Of a stretch of 64,000 bases of DNA, positions 48,390-58,901 are shown in pieces. The notes below the pieces were generated by a model. That model had not been told where the DNA came from, made no database searches, and saw only the letters and a program-made list of their open reading frames with translations. A program made the position numbers and the translations under genes. The DNA is from Gemmatimonadota bacterium. Its GTDB lineage: Bacteria > Gemmatimonadota > Gemmatimonadetes > Longimicrobiales > Gaopeijiaceae. The stretch lies in contig JBDHHQ010000036.1 in assembly GCA_039589315.1 (NCBI GenBank), positions 19,489 through 83,488 of the forward strand, read 5' to 3'. Each line of letters begins with the position of its first letter. Within the stretch, counting starts at the first letter, position 1.

Positions 48390-49504
48390 CGCAGCTTCGC
48401 GACCCGTCCGCGACGCAGCGGCACGTAGATCGCCCCGTCCTGCACGACCGGTGGCGAGTTGACGCTGTCGCCGATCTCGAGGGACCAGAGCACCGAGCCG
48501 TCGTCCCGGGAGATGGCGACGACCCGGCCGTCCAGGAGTCCCGCGATGACGGCGTTGGCGGTGAGGGTCAGGGCGCCCGTCGCGGCGGCGCCGAGATCAC
48601 AGACGCGCACGGGGTCTCCCTCCGGGGAGACCGACCACAGCACCCCCGCGGTGGTCAGTACGTAGGCCTGTCCGTCTCGCGCCAGGACCGGTGCCGCGAG
48701 GACCGGGGCCTCGACGTATGCCGTCCATCGCTCCTCGAGGCTCTCCTCGTCCAGGGCCAGCACGTGGCCGGATTGGAGCGGCAGCAGCACGGTGCCGCGC
48801 CCCGACGCCGGCGTCGCGGATACCCTGGCCGGCACCGGACGTCGCTCCAGGAGGTCACCGTCTTCGATGTCCACGGCGTAGAGGGTGTCCCGAATGGTCG
48901 CCACGAGAAGCCTGTCGTCCGTGATCACGGGCGCGGCGGCCGTGGGAGCGCCCAGCGGCGCACGCCAGAGCTCCTGCCCGTCCTGTGCCCGCAATGCCAC
49001 CACCAGCCCCGGCTCCGTCGCCAGGAACAGGCGTCCACCGGACAGGATCATGGGTACGGCAAGTCCCGGGTAGTCCTTCTCCCACTCCTCTCCGCCGTCC
49101 ACGAGCCGAAGGCCGTAGACCCGGGCCCGTATCTCGCTGGTGGACAGGTACAGGCGGAGCCCGTCGCTCACCGGGGAGGTCACGAACGGGCCGTGCTTGC
49201 GATGCTCCCAGTAGATACCGCCCGACTCCGACGACAGGGCGATGACCATGCGGTTGGTGGTCGCGGTGACGAGCACGGGCCCCAGGGGCACCGGGGGGGC
49301 GGACAGGCCCCGCCCGGTGTTCTCGTTCCACTCGACTTCCGGTGCGTCTTCGGGAATCCGCTCGTCCGCGAAGGCGTTTCGATCCGGGCTGCCCAGGTAG
49401 GTGTGCCAGGAGTACTCCGGATCGACGGGGGCGTCCCGGACCGGACGGAGACACCCCGCGCCCATGACCACCACGGTCAGGAGCAGGACCGTCGCGGCAG
49501 GCAC
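48386..49504 (-). CDS. PQQ-like beta-propeller lipoprotein (BamB-like); start uncertain
   Basis: Lipobox-like GAGC and repeated A(L/V)xxxxGxxxW blades (ALSSESGGIYW, ALRAQDGQELW, AISRDDGSVLW). Confidence 0.8.
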   Translation of the reverse strand: MPAATVLLLTVVVMGAGCLRPVRDAPVDPEYSWHTYLGSPDRNAFADERIPEDAPEVEWNENTGRGLSAPPVPLGPVLVTATTNRMVIALSSESGGIYWEHRKHGPFVTSPVSDGLRLYLSTSEIRARVYGLRLVDGGEEWEKDYPGLAVPMILSGGRLFLATEPGLVVALRAQDGQELWRAPLGAPTAAAPVITDDRLLVATIRDTLYAVDIEDGDLLERRPVPARVSATPASGRGTVLLPLQSGHVLALDEESLEERWTAYVEAPVLAAPVLARDGQAYVLTTAGVLWSVSPEGDPVRVCDLGAAATGALTLTANAVIAGLLDGRVVAISRDDGSVLWSLEIGDSVNSPPVVQDGAIYVPLRRGRVAKLR

Positions 49505-49693
49505 CGGCCACCGGTCCTTCCGGTGGGCCGGACGGCCGCGGGCAACGACGGCGGGGTGGCCGACGCCGCGGGACCGGTGGGCCTGCCTGGCGGCCGGCCA
49601 GCCGCCACCCTCGTTGACACCTCGCGGCGCGGGAGTCAACGTTGGGCGCCCGTTTCCCGGCGGGCGGTCGAACCCCCACTCCAGGCTGAGCTC

Positions 49694-50995
49694 ATGTCCA
49701 TAGCGACGACTGTAGAAGTTGGCGACCTGTCCCGCCACGTGGGCGAGACGGTCACGATCAAGGGCTGGGTCGAAACCGTCCGCGCGCACGGCAAGGTGGC
49801 GTTCGTGGTCCTGCGTGACGGCACGGGCACTCTCCAGGGGGTCCTCCTGAAGAAGGAAGCGTCCCCGGAGGAATGGGCCCTCCTGGACACCCTCACCCAG
49901 GAAAGTACCGTCGCCATGACCGGAGAGGTCCGGGAAGACGCCCGGTCACCCGGCGGCTTCGAGCTGGGAGTTCAGGGTCTGAGCCTCCTCTCCCTGGCCG
50001 AGGACTACCCGATTCAGCCCAAGGAGCACGGCGTCGAGTTCCTCATGGACAACCGCCACCTCTGGCTCCGCTCGAGCCAGCAGCGGGCTGTGCTCAAGGT
50101 CCGGGCAGAGGTGGAGCAGGCGATCCACGACTTCATGTACGACCGCGGATTCGTACGTATCGATACCCCGATCCTGACCGGGGCCATCGGAGAGTCCGCA
50201 GGGACACTCTTCGAAACCGACTACTTCGGTGAGCAGGCCTTCCTGGCCCAGACCGGACAGCTCTACGTGGAGACCGCGTGTCCCGCCTTCCGCAAGGTCT
50301 ACTGCTTCGGACCCACGTTTCGGGCCGAGAAGTCGAAGACGCGCCGCCATCTCACCGAGTTCTGGATGGTCGAGCCCGAAGTGGCCTTCGCCGACTCGGA
50401 GGAGAACATGCGCCTCCAGGAGACGTTCGTCAGCTACCTGGTCGAGCGAGCGCTGGATCGCTGCGGAGAGGAGTTGGAGGTTGTGGAGCGGGACACCACG
50501 CTGCTGGAACAGGTGCGCCCACCCTTCCCGAGGATCAGCTACACCGAGGCCGTCGAGCTTCTCGAATCCAAGGGCAGTGACATCCGGTGGGGGAAGGACC
50601 TGGGGGCGGCCGATGAGACGCTGCTGGCGGAGTCCTACGACCTTCCCGTGCTGGTGTACAACTATCCGAAGGATGCCAAGGCCTTCTACATGAAGTTGAA
50701 TCCGGAAGACCCGCGCACCGTGCTCTGCAACGACATGATCGCGCCCGAGGGCTACGGCGAGATCATCGGCGGGAGCCAGCGGGAAGACGACCTGGAGGTG
50801 CTCCGCTCCCGGATCCGCGAGGAGGATCTGCCGGAGGAGTCGTACGGGTGGTACATGGACCTACGCCGCTACGGCACCTTCCCCCACTCGGGATTCGGTC
50901 TGGGCATCGAGCGTACCGTGGCGTGGATCACGGGCCGCTCCCACGTGCGGGAGCTGATCCCGTTCCCGAGGCTGTTGAACCGACTGACCCCGTAA
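49694..50995 (+). CDS. asnS: asparagine--tRNA ligase
   Basis: OB fold, RHLWLR, FGPTFRAEKSKTRRHLTEFWM, GEIIGGSQRE, GFGLGIER. Confidence 0.96.
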   Translation: MSIATTVEVGDLSRHVGETVTIKGWVETVRAHGKVAFVVLRDGTGTLQGVLLKKEASPEEWALLDTLTQESTVAMTGEVREDARSPGGFELGVQGLSLLSLAEDYPIQPKEHGVEFLMDNRHLWLRSSQQRAVLKVRAEVEQAIHDFMYDRGFVRIDTPILTGAIGESAGTLFETDYFGEQAFLAQTGQLYVETACPAFRKVYCFGPTFRAEKSKTRRHLTEFWMVEPEVAFADSEENMRLQETFVSYLVERALDRCGEELEVVERDTTLLEQVRPPFPRISYTEAVELLESKGSDIRWGKDLGAADETLLAESYDLPVLVYNYPKDAKAFYMKLNPEDPRTVLCNDMIAPEGYGEIIGGSQREDDLEVLRSRIREEDLPEESYGWYMDLRRYGTFPHSGFGLGIERTVAWITGRSHVRELIPFPRLLNRLTP

Positions 50996-51135
50996 GGGTC
51001 CGCCCGGACAGTCGGGCTTTACGGCAAGGCCGGAGGTACCCCGGCAGTGGGTCGACGGACCCGGAGCAGCGGGTAGTGCATCACGGGGTCGCCGGGCCCC
51101 GTGACGGTCCGAGCGCCTCGCGAGGACCGGAGGCC

Positions 51136-51936
51136 CTACTCCGCCGACGCCTTGAGCTCCTCCCAGAGGGCGTCGAGGGTCTCCAGGCCCGCTCCTGGAA
51201 TCGGGATCCCCCTGTCCCGGGCGAGCTCCTCGAGCTTCTCGAACCGCCGTCCGAACTTCCGGTTCGCCTCATCGAGGGCCGCATCGGGGTGGACCCCCGC
51301 GAGTCGGGCCAGATTGACCACCGAGAAGAGCAGGTCGCCGATTTCCTCCAGGAGGTCATCGGGGTCGCCGGCATCCAGCGCCTCGCCCACCTCGTCCAGC
51401 TCCTCGCGGACCTTGGCCAGCGCTCCGGACGCTTCGGGCCAGTCGAAACCCACCCCGGCCACGCGGTCCTGGATGCGGTAGGCCTTGAGCAACGGATCGA
51501 GTCCCGACGCCAGGCCGCTCAGGACGCTGGCACCCTCGGGTCGCTCCCGGGCCTTCAGGGCCTCCCAGTCCTGCCGCTCACCTCCACCGAACAGGTGTGG
51601 ATGCCGGCGGATCATCTTCCGCTCCAGGCGGCGGACCACAGACGGACCCGTGAATCGCCCAGCCTCCTCTGCCAGGACCACCTGGAAGGCCACGTTCAGG
51701 AGCAGATCTCCGAGCTCGCCCTCGAGGCCGGCCGCGTCCTCCGCCCGGATGGCGTCCACGACCTCATGGCTCTCCTCCAGCAGGTGAGGGATGAGCGACC
51801 GGGGTGTCTGGGCCTGGTCCCAAGGACAGTGCTGCCGGAGGAAGCGGACCAGGGCCACGCTCCGGTCCAGGGATCCCGGGGGCGTCCCCTCCTCGGGCTC
51901 GAAGGGCAGCAGGCCGTCGTCGTCTCGATGACGCAT
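51136..51936 (-). CDS. mazG: nucleoside triphosphate pyrophosphohydrolase MazG
   Basis: CPWDQAQT, ELGDLLL, RRHPHLF, GFDW, second EEIGDLLF domain. Confidence 0.94.
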   Translation of the reverse strand: MRHRDDDGLLPFEPEEGTPPGSLDRSVALVRFLRQHCPWDQAQTPRSLIPHLLEESHEVVDAIRAEDAAGLEGELGDLLLNVAFQVVLAEEAGRFTGPSVVRRLERKMIRRHPHLFGGGERQDWEALKARERPEGASVLSGLASGLDPLLKAYRIQDRVAGVGFDWPEASGALAKVREELDEVGEALDAGDPDDLLEEIGDLLFSVVNLARLAGVHPDAALDEANRKFGRRFEKLEELARDRGIPIPGAGLETLDALWEELKASAE

Positions 51937-52045
51937 CTTATCGTCTCTGTCGGCGATTCTCGGAGGTACCGGGCGACCGGTCGGGGTGGGAACGGGCCCC
52001 CCGCAGGCTTGATCGCAGGCTGTTGATTCGCATCTTTACGCGACC

Positions 52046-53173
52046 ATGTCAACGGATCGCCGAACCCGAGCCTGGATCGAGGTCCAAGCCGGGGCAGTCC
52101 GCCGGAACCTCCGGCGCGTCCAGGAGTCGGTGGGTCGAGGCGCAGCCTTGATTCCGATGGTGAAGGCCGACGCATACGGCCTGGGCCTGTCCAGGGCCGT
52201 TGCCGCCATGGGGCCCGTAGACCCCTGGGGGTACGGGGTGGCCACCGTCCAGGAAGCCGCCGCCCTCCGCGCGCTCGGCGTCGAGCTCCCGGTTCTGGTG
52301 TTCAGCCCTCTCCCGCCCGGCTCCTACGACGCCGTCGTGGAGTTGGCTGCCGTGCCCTGCCTCTCCGACGTCGAGGCCGTGGCACGACTCCGTTCGGCGG
52401 CTGGCAGGGCCCGAGCCTCGGCCGAGTTCCACATCGAGGTGGACACGGGCATGGGACGGGCGGGATTCGATTGGCGGCGAGCCGCGGAGTGGGGGGGCAC
52501 CGTGGCCGATCAGTGCGACGGGATTCGGCCAACGGGCGTCTTCACCCATTTCCACTCGGCCGACCAGGGCGTGGATTCGGTACAGGCTCAGTGGCAGCGC
52601 CTGGAAGACGCGCTGGCCGCCCTGCCGTGGCCCCGGGACTCGCTCATGGTCCATGTCTGCAACTCCGCCGCGGCGTTGAGACTCCCGGGCCTGGCCGCCG
52701 ACGGCGTCAGGCCGGGGATCTTCCTCTACGGCGGCGCGGCGGGCCGTGGCCTGCCGCCGCCCGAGCCCGCCGCCACGGTGCGCTCGCGCATCGTCTTCGT
52801 GAAGGAGGCTCCGCCCGGGAGCACCCTGGGCTACGGCGCAACACACCAGGCCCGGGGGTGGGAGCGATGGGCCACCCTGGCGATCGGATACGGCGATGGG
52901 CTCCCCCGGAGCCTCGGGAATAGGGGTCACGCCCTCGTCGGTGGTGTGCGGGTCCGCATCATCGGGCGGATCTCTATGGACATGACCGTGGTAGACATCA
53001 CCGACCTTGCCGACGTGGAGGTCGGCGACGTCGCCACCCTCATCGGCAGCGACGGAACGGAGACCATCTCTCTCGAGGAGATCGCGGAGCTGGCGGGCAC
53101 GATCAATTACGAGATACTGACCGGGCTCACGCAGCGTCTTCCCCGGATCTGGCTGGACGATGGCCGGGACTGA
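52046..53173 (+). CDS. alr: alanine racemase
   Basis: PLP lysine in MVKADAYG, VDTGMGRAG, RPGIFLYG, GYGDG, GRISMD. Confidence 0.96.
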   Translation: MSTDRRTRAWIEVQAGAVRRNLRRVQESVGRGAALIPMVKADAYGLGLSRAVAAMGPVDPWGYGVATVQEAAALRALGVELPVLVFSPLPPGSYDAVVELAAVPCLSDVEAVARLRSAAGRARASAEFHIEVDTGMGRAGFDWRRAAEWGGTVADQCDGIRPTGVFTHFHSADQGVDSVQAQWQRLEDALAALPWPRDSLMVHVCNSAAALRLPGLAADGVRPGIFLYGGAAGRGLPPPEPAATVRSRIVFVKEAPPGSTLGYGATHQARGWERWATLAIGYGDGLPRSLGNRGHALVGGVRVRIIGRISMDMTVVDITDLADVEVGDVATLIGSDGTETISLEEIAELAGTINYEILTGLTQRLPRIWLDDGRD

Positions 53174-53283
53174 CGCAGCGCTGACGACGTGATGCACGCT
53201 CCCCGTTCGGAGTGCGGGTCGCCCGCCGGCCCCGCCCACCCCTCGCGAACGAAGATCCCTGAAGCTTGGAAGAGCTCGGCTTG

Positions 53284-54588
53284 ATGCGATATATCACGGC
53301 GGCTGCCGTGCTGGGTGCCGCAGTGCTGAGCGCCGCCTGTGACGAGACGACGCCCACCGCGACCGATCCCTCGTTGCTCCCGGTGGCACCCACGACCGTG
53401 GAGGTGGAGCTTCCCTTCTCGGAGTTCGGCTCCAACACGCAGGTGTTCACGGGCTTCGGCCGGGTGTCCGAGCTCAACACCGCGCTCGTGGCCAACGAAT
53501 TCGACGGTGTGCTGGAGGCCCGCGCGCTCGTGCGCTTCGGGACGTACCCCCGGACCGTTTCGGTCGCGGACGAGAGTGGCGTCGTCGTTACGGACACGGT
53601 CCTGACCTTCGTCGGGGGACGCGTCGTGGCGATCGTCGACACGCTGTCCGCCGTGCTGGACGAGCCCCCGCTCCTCCTGGCCGGGGCTCTCCGGGACGAG
53701 TGGCATCCCCCCTCGGCTGGTTGGACGTTGGCCCGGGACACCGTGGGTGACGTACTCCCGTGGTCCGAGCCGGGAGCCGGCAACGTGACTTTCCTGGACT
53801 CGGCCACCTGGGACGCGGCCGTGGGTGACACGGTCATGTTCGACGTGGATTCGGCCACCGTGAACGCGTGGGCGGACACGGCCGACGGCAGCCGGGGCCT
53901 CCGCCTCTCCTCCACCGCGGCGGGCGTGCGGGTGGAATTCACCACGGTGTTGCTCAACGTGGACATCCGACCGAGCGTGAATCCGGACACCGTGGTCGAG
54001 CGGACGGTGGCCACCGACGACCGGACCTTCGTCTACGAGCCGCCGCCGCCGCCGACCACCGGCGAGTTCCGCCTGGGCGGGGCGCCGTCGTGGCGCACCA
54101 CCTTCCGCGTAGATTTACCGGCGTTCCTGGAAGGCCCCCCGGAGCTCTGTGAGGCCGCCGGCTGCCCCTTCCAGCTCAGCGCCGAGTCCGTGAACCGGGC
54201 CACGCTGGTGCTCCGCTCTGCTACGAGCCCCCCCGGTTTCCAGCCGGATGACACGCTGGCTCTCGACGTCCGGACGGTGCTCAGCGAGGACGACTTGCCC
54301 AAGTCGCCCATCGGCTCGTCCCTGGCGGGGCTGCTCGGTGTCGTCGCACCCCCCGAGCTCTTCGGGGATACTCCCGAGGGCGAGATCAGCGTGCCCATCA
54401 CGTCCTACATCCAGGACCGGGTCCGGGGCACGACACCGATCGGCGACCCGACACCCGAGGCACTGGTCCTGCTGTCCATCTTCGAGCCCCTTTCCGTGGA
54501 GATCATGAGCTTCCAGGGGCCCGGACAGGAGGAGGAGCCCGTGCTCCGCATGATCCTCACGACCAGGGTCGGAGTGCCGCTCCGATGA
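53284..54588 (+). CDS. hypothetical lipoprotein
   Basis: Lipobox LSAA-C and a beta-rich mature region. Confidence 0.75.
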   Translation: MRYITAAAVLGAAVLSAACDETTPTATDPSLLPVAPTTVEVELPFSEFGSNTQVFTGFGRVSELNTALVANEFDGVLEARALVRFGTYPRTVSVADESGVVVTDTVLTFVGGRVVAIVDTLSAVLDEPPLLLAGALRDEWHPPSAGWTLARDTVGDVLPWSEPGAGNVTFLDSATWDAAVGDTVMFDVDSATVNAWADTADGSRGLRLSSTAAGVRVEFTTVLLNVDIRPSVNPDTVVERTVATDDRTFVYEPPPPPTTGEFRLGGAPSWRTTFRVDLPAFLEGPPELCEAAGCPFQLSAESVNRATLVLRSATSPPGFQPDDTLALDVRTVLSEDDLPKSPIGSSLAGLLGVVAPPELFGDTPEGEISVPITSYIQDRVRGTTPIGDPTPEALVLLSIFEPLSVEIMSFQGPGQEEEPVLRMILTTRVGVPLR

Positions 54589-55763
54589 CCCGGCTCCGGG
54601 CCACACTCGTCGCGGCGATGATCCTGGCGGCCCCCGCGGGTGCGTCGGGACAATCCCTCTTCGCCCGAGGGGGGCTCGGCGTTCCGGTGGAGCCCGTCGG
54701 GGCGAGGGCCAAGGGGATGGCGAGTCTGGGCATAGGCCTGTTCGGCTCCGCGCTGACGCCGGTCGATCCGGCCGCGGGGCTCGAGGTCGTGCCCATGCTG
54801 ACGGTCACCCTTCAGCCTACCTGGGGCGATTGGTCGGCCGCCGACCAGTCGGGAGACCTCCGGGGTCAGCGGTTTCCCATCATGGGGGCGGGCTACGCCA
54901 CCGGAGCCAGGGGGATGGTGTCAATTACGTTGGGCTCGTTCATGGACCAGCGGTGGGCCGTGGAGGCACCGGACACGATTCCTCTCGGCGGAGGGGGCCG
55001 CGCCGTCACGGACGCCTTCGAATCCGACGGAGGCATCTCGACCATCCGGCTCGGGTACGCCCACCGAATCACGCCCCAGCTGGTGCTCGCCGGGAACGTG
55101 GGAGCGCTGACGGGACAGGTGACCCGGACCTTCAGCCGTCAGTTCGACACGACCGGCGTGTCGGTGGACGTCGACGACTTCGAGGCTCAGGGCCGGTGGC
55201 GTTGGATCGGCCCGGCCGCCGCCGTGGGGGTTCGCTGGGACCCGGCCCAGCTGGTGCGCCTCTCCGCCAGCGTCAACTGGTACGGTACCCTGGAAGCGCA
55301 GCCCCAGGACTCGACGCCGGGGCCGACCTTCGATTTCGACTTGCCCCTCGAGTTTCGGGTGGGTGCGAGCGGCGCGCTCACGCCCGAGCTGGCCCTGAGC
55401 GCCAGCGCGTCCTATGCCGATTGGACCGCGACCGACCTGGCGGCGGACTCGCTGCCTCCGGGCGATGCGGCTTCGACCGCGTTGGGCTTCGGCGCCGGCC
55501 TCGAGTGGTCCGGGCTGGCCGTGGGTGGCAAGAGCTTCCCGCTTCGCTTCGGCTACAAGCGACAACAGCTTCCGTTCAAGTTCGAAGGCGACACGCCGAT
55601 CGAGACCGTTCTCGCAGGAGGTCTGGGCTTCAACCTGGCGCAGGCGGAGGGGGTCACGCTTGCCCGCATGGACCTCGCGCTGGAGCGCGGTTCTCGCTCG
55701 GGCGGCTCCCTCACCGAGCGATTCTGGCGGATGAGCCTCTCGTTTCACGCCGCCGGGCTGTGA
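54585..55763 (+). CDS. probable outer-membrane beta-barrel protein (FadL/OmpP1-like)
   Basis: Signal peptide, GARAKGM N-terminal motif, alternating aromatic/Gly strands. ATGA overlap with the lipoprotein gene. Confidence 0.65.
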   Translation: MTRLRATLVAAMILAAPAGASGQSLFARGGLGVPVEPVGARAKGMASLGIGLFGSALTPVDPAAGLEVVPMLTVTLQPTWGDWSAADQSGDLRGQRFPIMGAGYATGARGMVSITLGSFMDQRWAVEAPDTIPLGGGGRAVTDAFESDGGISTIRLGYAHRITPQLVLAGNVGALTGQVTRTFSRQFDTTGVSVDVDDFEAQGRWRWIGPAAAVGVRWDPAQLVRLSASVNWYGTLEAQPQDSTPGPTFDFDLPLEFRVGASGALTPELALSASASYADWTATDLAADSLPPGDAASTALGFGAGLEWSGLAVGGKSFPLRFGYKRQQLPFKFEGDTPIETVLAGGLGFNLAQAEGVTLARMDLALERGSRSGGSLTERFWRMSLSFHAAGL

Positions 55764-55840
55764 GGCTGGTGGAGGGCCGCGTCGCCACGCGAGCCATCCG
55801 GTAGGGTAGGGAGGCCCAGGGGGGGACCAACAGCGTTGGA

Positions 55841-57148
55841 GTGAGCGTGCGGGTCTACTATCACACATTCGGCTGCAAGGCGAACCAGTACGACACGGAG
55901 CGCATGCGGCAGGAGCTCGAGGCTCGGGGCGCGACCACGGCGCCGAGCCCGGGTCAGGCCGACGTGTGCGTGGTGAACACCTGCACGGTGACCAACCGGG
56001 CCGACGCCGAGGCCCGCCGCTTCGTGCGCCGTCTGGAGGGCGAGGGGCCCGGCGTCCGCGTCGTCGTCGCGGGTTGCTCGGCAGCGCTCAAGGGCCAGAC
56101 CTACCGCTCCCTCCCAGGCGTCGCCCGGGTGGTGCCCGGCCAAGATCCCGTGGACGTGGCGAACGCCGCGGCCCTTGCTGCCCCCTCCACCCTGATCCAG
56201 ATCGGGACCAGCCGGAGCCTCGACCGCATGGCCATGGAGCCCGTGGGGGCGTCCATCCTCGCCGAGCGGGCCGGTGCGACCCGGGCGTGGCTCAAGGTCC
56301 AGGACGGATGCGACCGGAAGTGCGCGTTTTGCGCGACCCGCCTGGCCAGGGGCGCGAGCAGGTCCCGGGACCCGGACGAGGTGGTCAGGGAGGCTGGTGC
56401 GCTCGCGCAGCGGCACCCCGAGCTGGTCCTGACGGGCATCCACATCGGCCATTACGGGCAGGAGCTGGGGCCGGAGCTGTCTCTGTCCCGACTTCTGGCA
56501 CGGTTGCTGGACGCCGTCCCGGACGTGCGCTTTCGTCTGGGCAGCGTGGAAGCCACCGAGGTGGACGAGTTGCTCCTGGAGCTGCTGGCCACCTCGGCCG
56601 GTCGCGTCGCGCCGCACCTACACATGCCGCTCCAGAGCGGAGCCGACCCGGTCCTCCAGCGAATGCGCCGTTGGCACACCCGGGACGCCTACCGCTCCCG
56701 GACCCTGGAGATCGCGGAGCGCCTGCCGGTGTTGGGCCTCGGCGCCGACGTGATCACGGGCTTCCCGGGTGAGACGGACGAGGATCACGCCTCCACTCGG
56801 GAGCTGATCGAGGAGTTGCCGTACACCTACCTCCACGTGTTCCCGTTCTCTCCCCGGGACGGCACCGTGGCGGCTGGATTGCCGGCGCCGGTTCCGCAGC
56901 GCGTCGCCGGGGAGCGGGCCCGGGAGCTCAGGGAGCTGGTCCACGCGAAGGGTCGCGCCTACCGAGCCGCGCGCTCCGGTGGATGGGCGGAGCTGACGCT
57001 GGAGGGTGGGGGGAGGATCGGCCTGACGGGCGACTACCTGAGGGTCGAGGTGGAGGGTGACACCCCCTCGGCCGCCTCCCGCATACACCGGGCCAGGCTG
57101 CACGGAACGGGCGACGAGCTGTCCGCCCGGCTGGAGGCGGCAGCGTAG
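55841..57148 (+). CDS. mtaB: tRNA t6A37 methylthiotransferase MtaB
   Basis: TFGCKANQYD, NTCTVT, radical SAM CDRKCAFC, LHVFPFSPRDGT. Confidence 0.85.
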   Translation: MSVRVYYHTFGCKANQYDTERMRQELEARGATTAPSPGQADVCVVNTCTVTNRADAEARRFVRRLEGEGPGVRVVVAGCSAALKGQTYRSLPGVARVVPGQDPVDVANAAALAAPSTLIQIGTSRSLDRMAMEPVGASILAERAGATRAWLKVQDGCDRKCAFCATRLARGASRSRDPDEVVREAGALAQRHPELVLTGIHIGHYGQELGPELSLSRLLARLLDAVPDVRFRLGSVEATEVDELLLELLATSAGRVAPHLHMPLQSGADPVLQRMRRWHTRDAYRSRTLEIAERLPVLGLGADVITGFPGETDEDHASTRELIEELPYTYLHVFPFSPRDGTVAAGLPAPVPQRVAGERARELRELVHAKGRAYRAARSGGWAELTLEGGGRIGLTGDYLRVEVEGDTPSAASRIHRARLHGTGDELSARLEAAA

Positions 57149-57243
57149 ACCGTGTTAGCTTCTCTCTTTCCGCTGGTAACATGTCCACGCCCTGCATTTG
57201 CCCCGAACGTGTGCGGGAGCGAGTGGGGCCGTTCGAAGAGCCC

Positions 57244-58599
57244 GTGAAGAAGAAGGCGTACGTAGAGACCTACGGGTGCCAGATGAACATCAGCGACGGC
57301 GAGCTGATGCAGGGCGTCCTGGAGGAGTGGGGGTACGACATCGTGGACCGCCCCGAGGTGGCCGACGTCGTGCTGGTGAATACGTGCGCGATCCGGGAGC
57401 ACGCCGAGAGGCGAGTCCTGGGCAGGGTGGCGCAGCTCAATGGCTTGAAGCACGACCGTCCGGATCTGGTGCTCGGTGTCACCGGGTGCATGGCACAGCG
57501 AATGGGCGAGGGTCTCCTGGACAAGGCTCCTTATGTGGACCTCGTCATGGGCCCTGACGGATACCGGCGCTTGCCGGAGCAGTTGGAGAGGGTCGAGGAG
57601 AGGCGGGGCCGGAACGGGAGGCGGTCCCGGCAGTTGGCCGTCCTGAGCCTGGACCCCGCGGAGAATTACGCCGGGCTGGAGCAGCGCCGCACCTCTACCG
57701 TGTCTGCGTGGGTGCCCATACAGCGCGGTTGCGACCACCGCTGCACCTTCTGCATCGTGCCCTACGTCCGGGGTCCGGAGAAGAACCGGGATCCCCAGGA
57801 GGTTCTCGACGAGGTTCGGGGCCTGGCCGCCTCCGGCCTCACCGAGCTGACGATGCTGGGACAGACGGTCAACTCCTACGAGCACGGGGCGTGGTCGTTC
57901 CCCCGCCTCCTCGCGGCGGTGGCGCGCGTGCCGGGCATCCGGCGTGTGCGGTTCACGTCACCTCATCCGAACGACGTGACGCCGGAGCTGGTGGAGGTGA
58001 TGGCTCGCGAGCCGGCGGTCTGCGAGCACATCCACCTCCCTGCCCAGTCGGGCAACGACAGGACGCTGAAGCGCATGTTGCGCCGCTACACGGTGGAGCG
58101 GCTCCTGGAGAAGGTGGACATGCTGCGCTCGAGGGTTCCGGACATCGCCATCTCAACGGATATCATCGCGGGCTTTCCGGGGGAGACCGCCGCGGAGTTC
58201 GAGGACACGCTGGCGCTCATGCGTACCGTGCGCTTCGACGAAGCGTACACCTACAAGTACTCAGCCAGGGACGGTACACCGGCCACCCGGCTCCCGGCCG
58301 AGGACTTCCTGCCTGCGGAGGTCGCGCAGGCACGACTGGAACGACTCATCGACGTGAGCCGCGGCATCGTGGCCGAAATCGCCCGCTCCGAGCTGGGCAG
58401 GGTCGAGGAGGTCCTGGTGGAACGGGCGGCCCGAACCGACGGACAGGTGCTGGGTCGCACCCGCCGGAACAAGGTGGTGGCCTTCCCCGGCGACCCGTCC
58501 ATGATCGGCCGCTACTACGGCGTCGTGCTCGAAGACACCACTGGCGTGACGTTCGTGGGTCGTCTGGTGGAGGAGCCGGCCCTCACGGGGACCCGGTGA
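57244..58599 (+). CDS. miaB: tRNA i6A37 methylthiotransferase MiaB
   Basis: TYGCQMN, NTCAIREHAE, GCMAQ, CDHRCTFC, GQTVNSY, TRAM domain. Confidence 0.93.
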   Translation: MKKKAYVETYGCQMNISDGELMQGVLEEWGYDIVDRPEVADVVLVNTCAIREHAERRVLGRVAQLNGLKHDRPDLVLGVTGCMAQRMGEGLLDKAPYVDLVMGPDGYRRLPEQLERVEERRGRNGRRSRQLAVLSLDPAENYAGLEQRRTSTVSAWVPIQRGCDHRCTFCIVPYVRGPEKNRDPQEVLDEVRGLAASGLTELTMLGQTVNSYEHGAWSFPRLLAAVARVPGIRRVRFTSPHPNDVTPELVEVMAREPAVCEHIHLPAQSGNDRTLKRMLRRYTVERLLEKVDMLRSRVPDIAISTDIIAGFPGETAAEFEDTLALMRTVRFDEAYTYKYSARDGTPATRLPAEDFLPAEVAQARLERLIDVSRGIVAEIARSELGRVEEVLVERAARTDGQVLGRTRRNKVVAFPGDPSMIGRYYGVVLEDTTGVTFVGRLVEEPALTGTR

Positions 58600-58901
58600 G
58601 CAAGCTCCTCGGGGTGGCCGGAGTCGTCGCCGTCCTGCTGCTGGCCATGACATTCGCGGCCATGAACGGGGACCAGCGCGTCACGCTGGATCTGGGCTGG
58701 GTCACTCTCTACCGCGTTCCGGTGACATTCGTGGCCTTCGGCGGCCTGTTCTTCGGGATGCTGGTCATGCTCCTCGCGGGCCTCAACTCCGATCTGCGGG
58801 TCCGGAGGATCCTGCGGCAGCGCCTGGCTGACGAGGATCGGGAGGAAAGAGGCCGCGTCGACGTAAACCAGCAGGACCTGTTCACAGCCGAGGAGGAGTA
58901 G
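58596..58901 (+). CDS. LapA (DUF1049)-like small membrane protein
   Basis: Two TM helices separated by FAAMN..RVTLDLG, followed by a charged tail. GTGA overlap with miaB. Confidence 0.7.
   Translation: MSKLLGVAGVVAVLLLAMTFAAMNGDQRVTLDLGWVTLYRVPVTFVAFGGLFFGMLVMLLAGLNSDLRVRRILRQRLADEDREERGRVDVNQQDLFTAEEE

Noticed and set aside
48260..49693. Apparent 911-aa AsnRS with a large N-terminal extension
   Set aside because: The extension is the antisense of the beta-propeller gene. AsnRS homology begins at ATG 49694.
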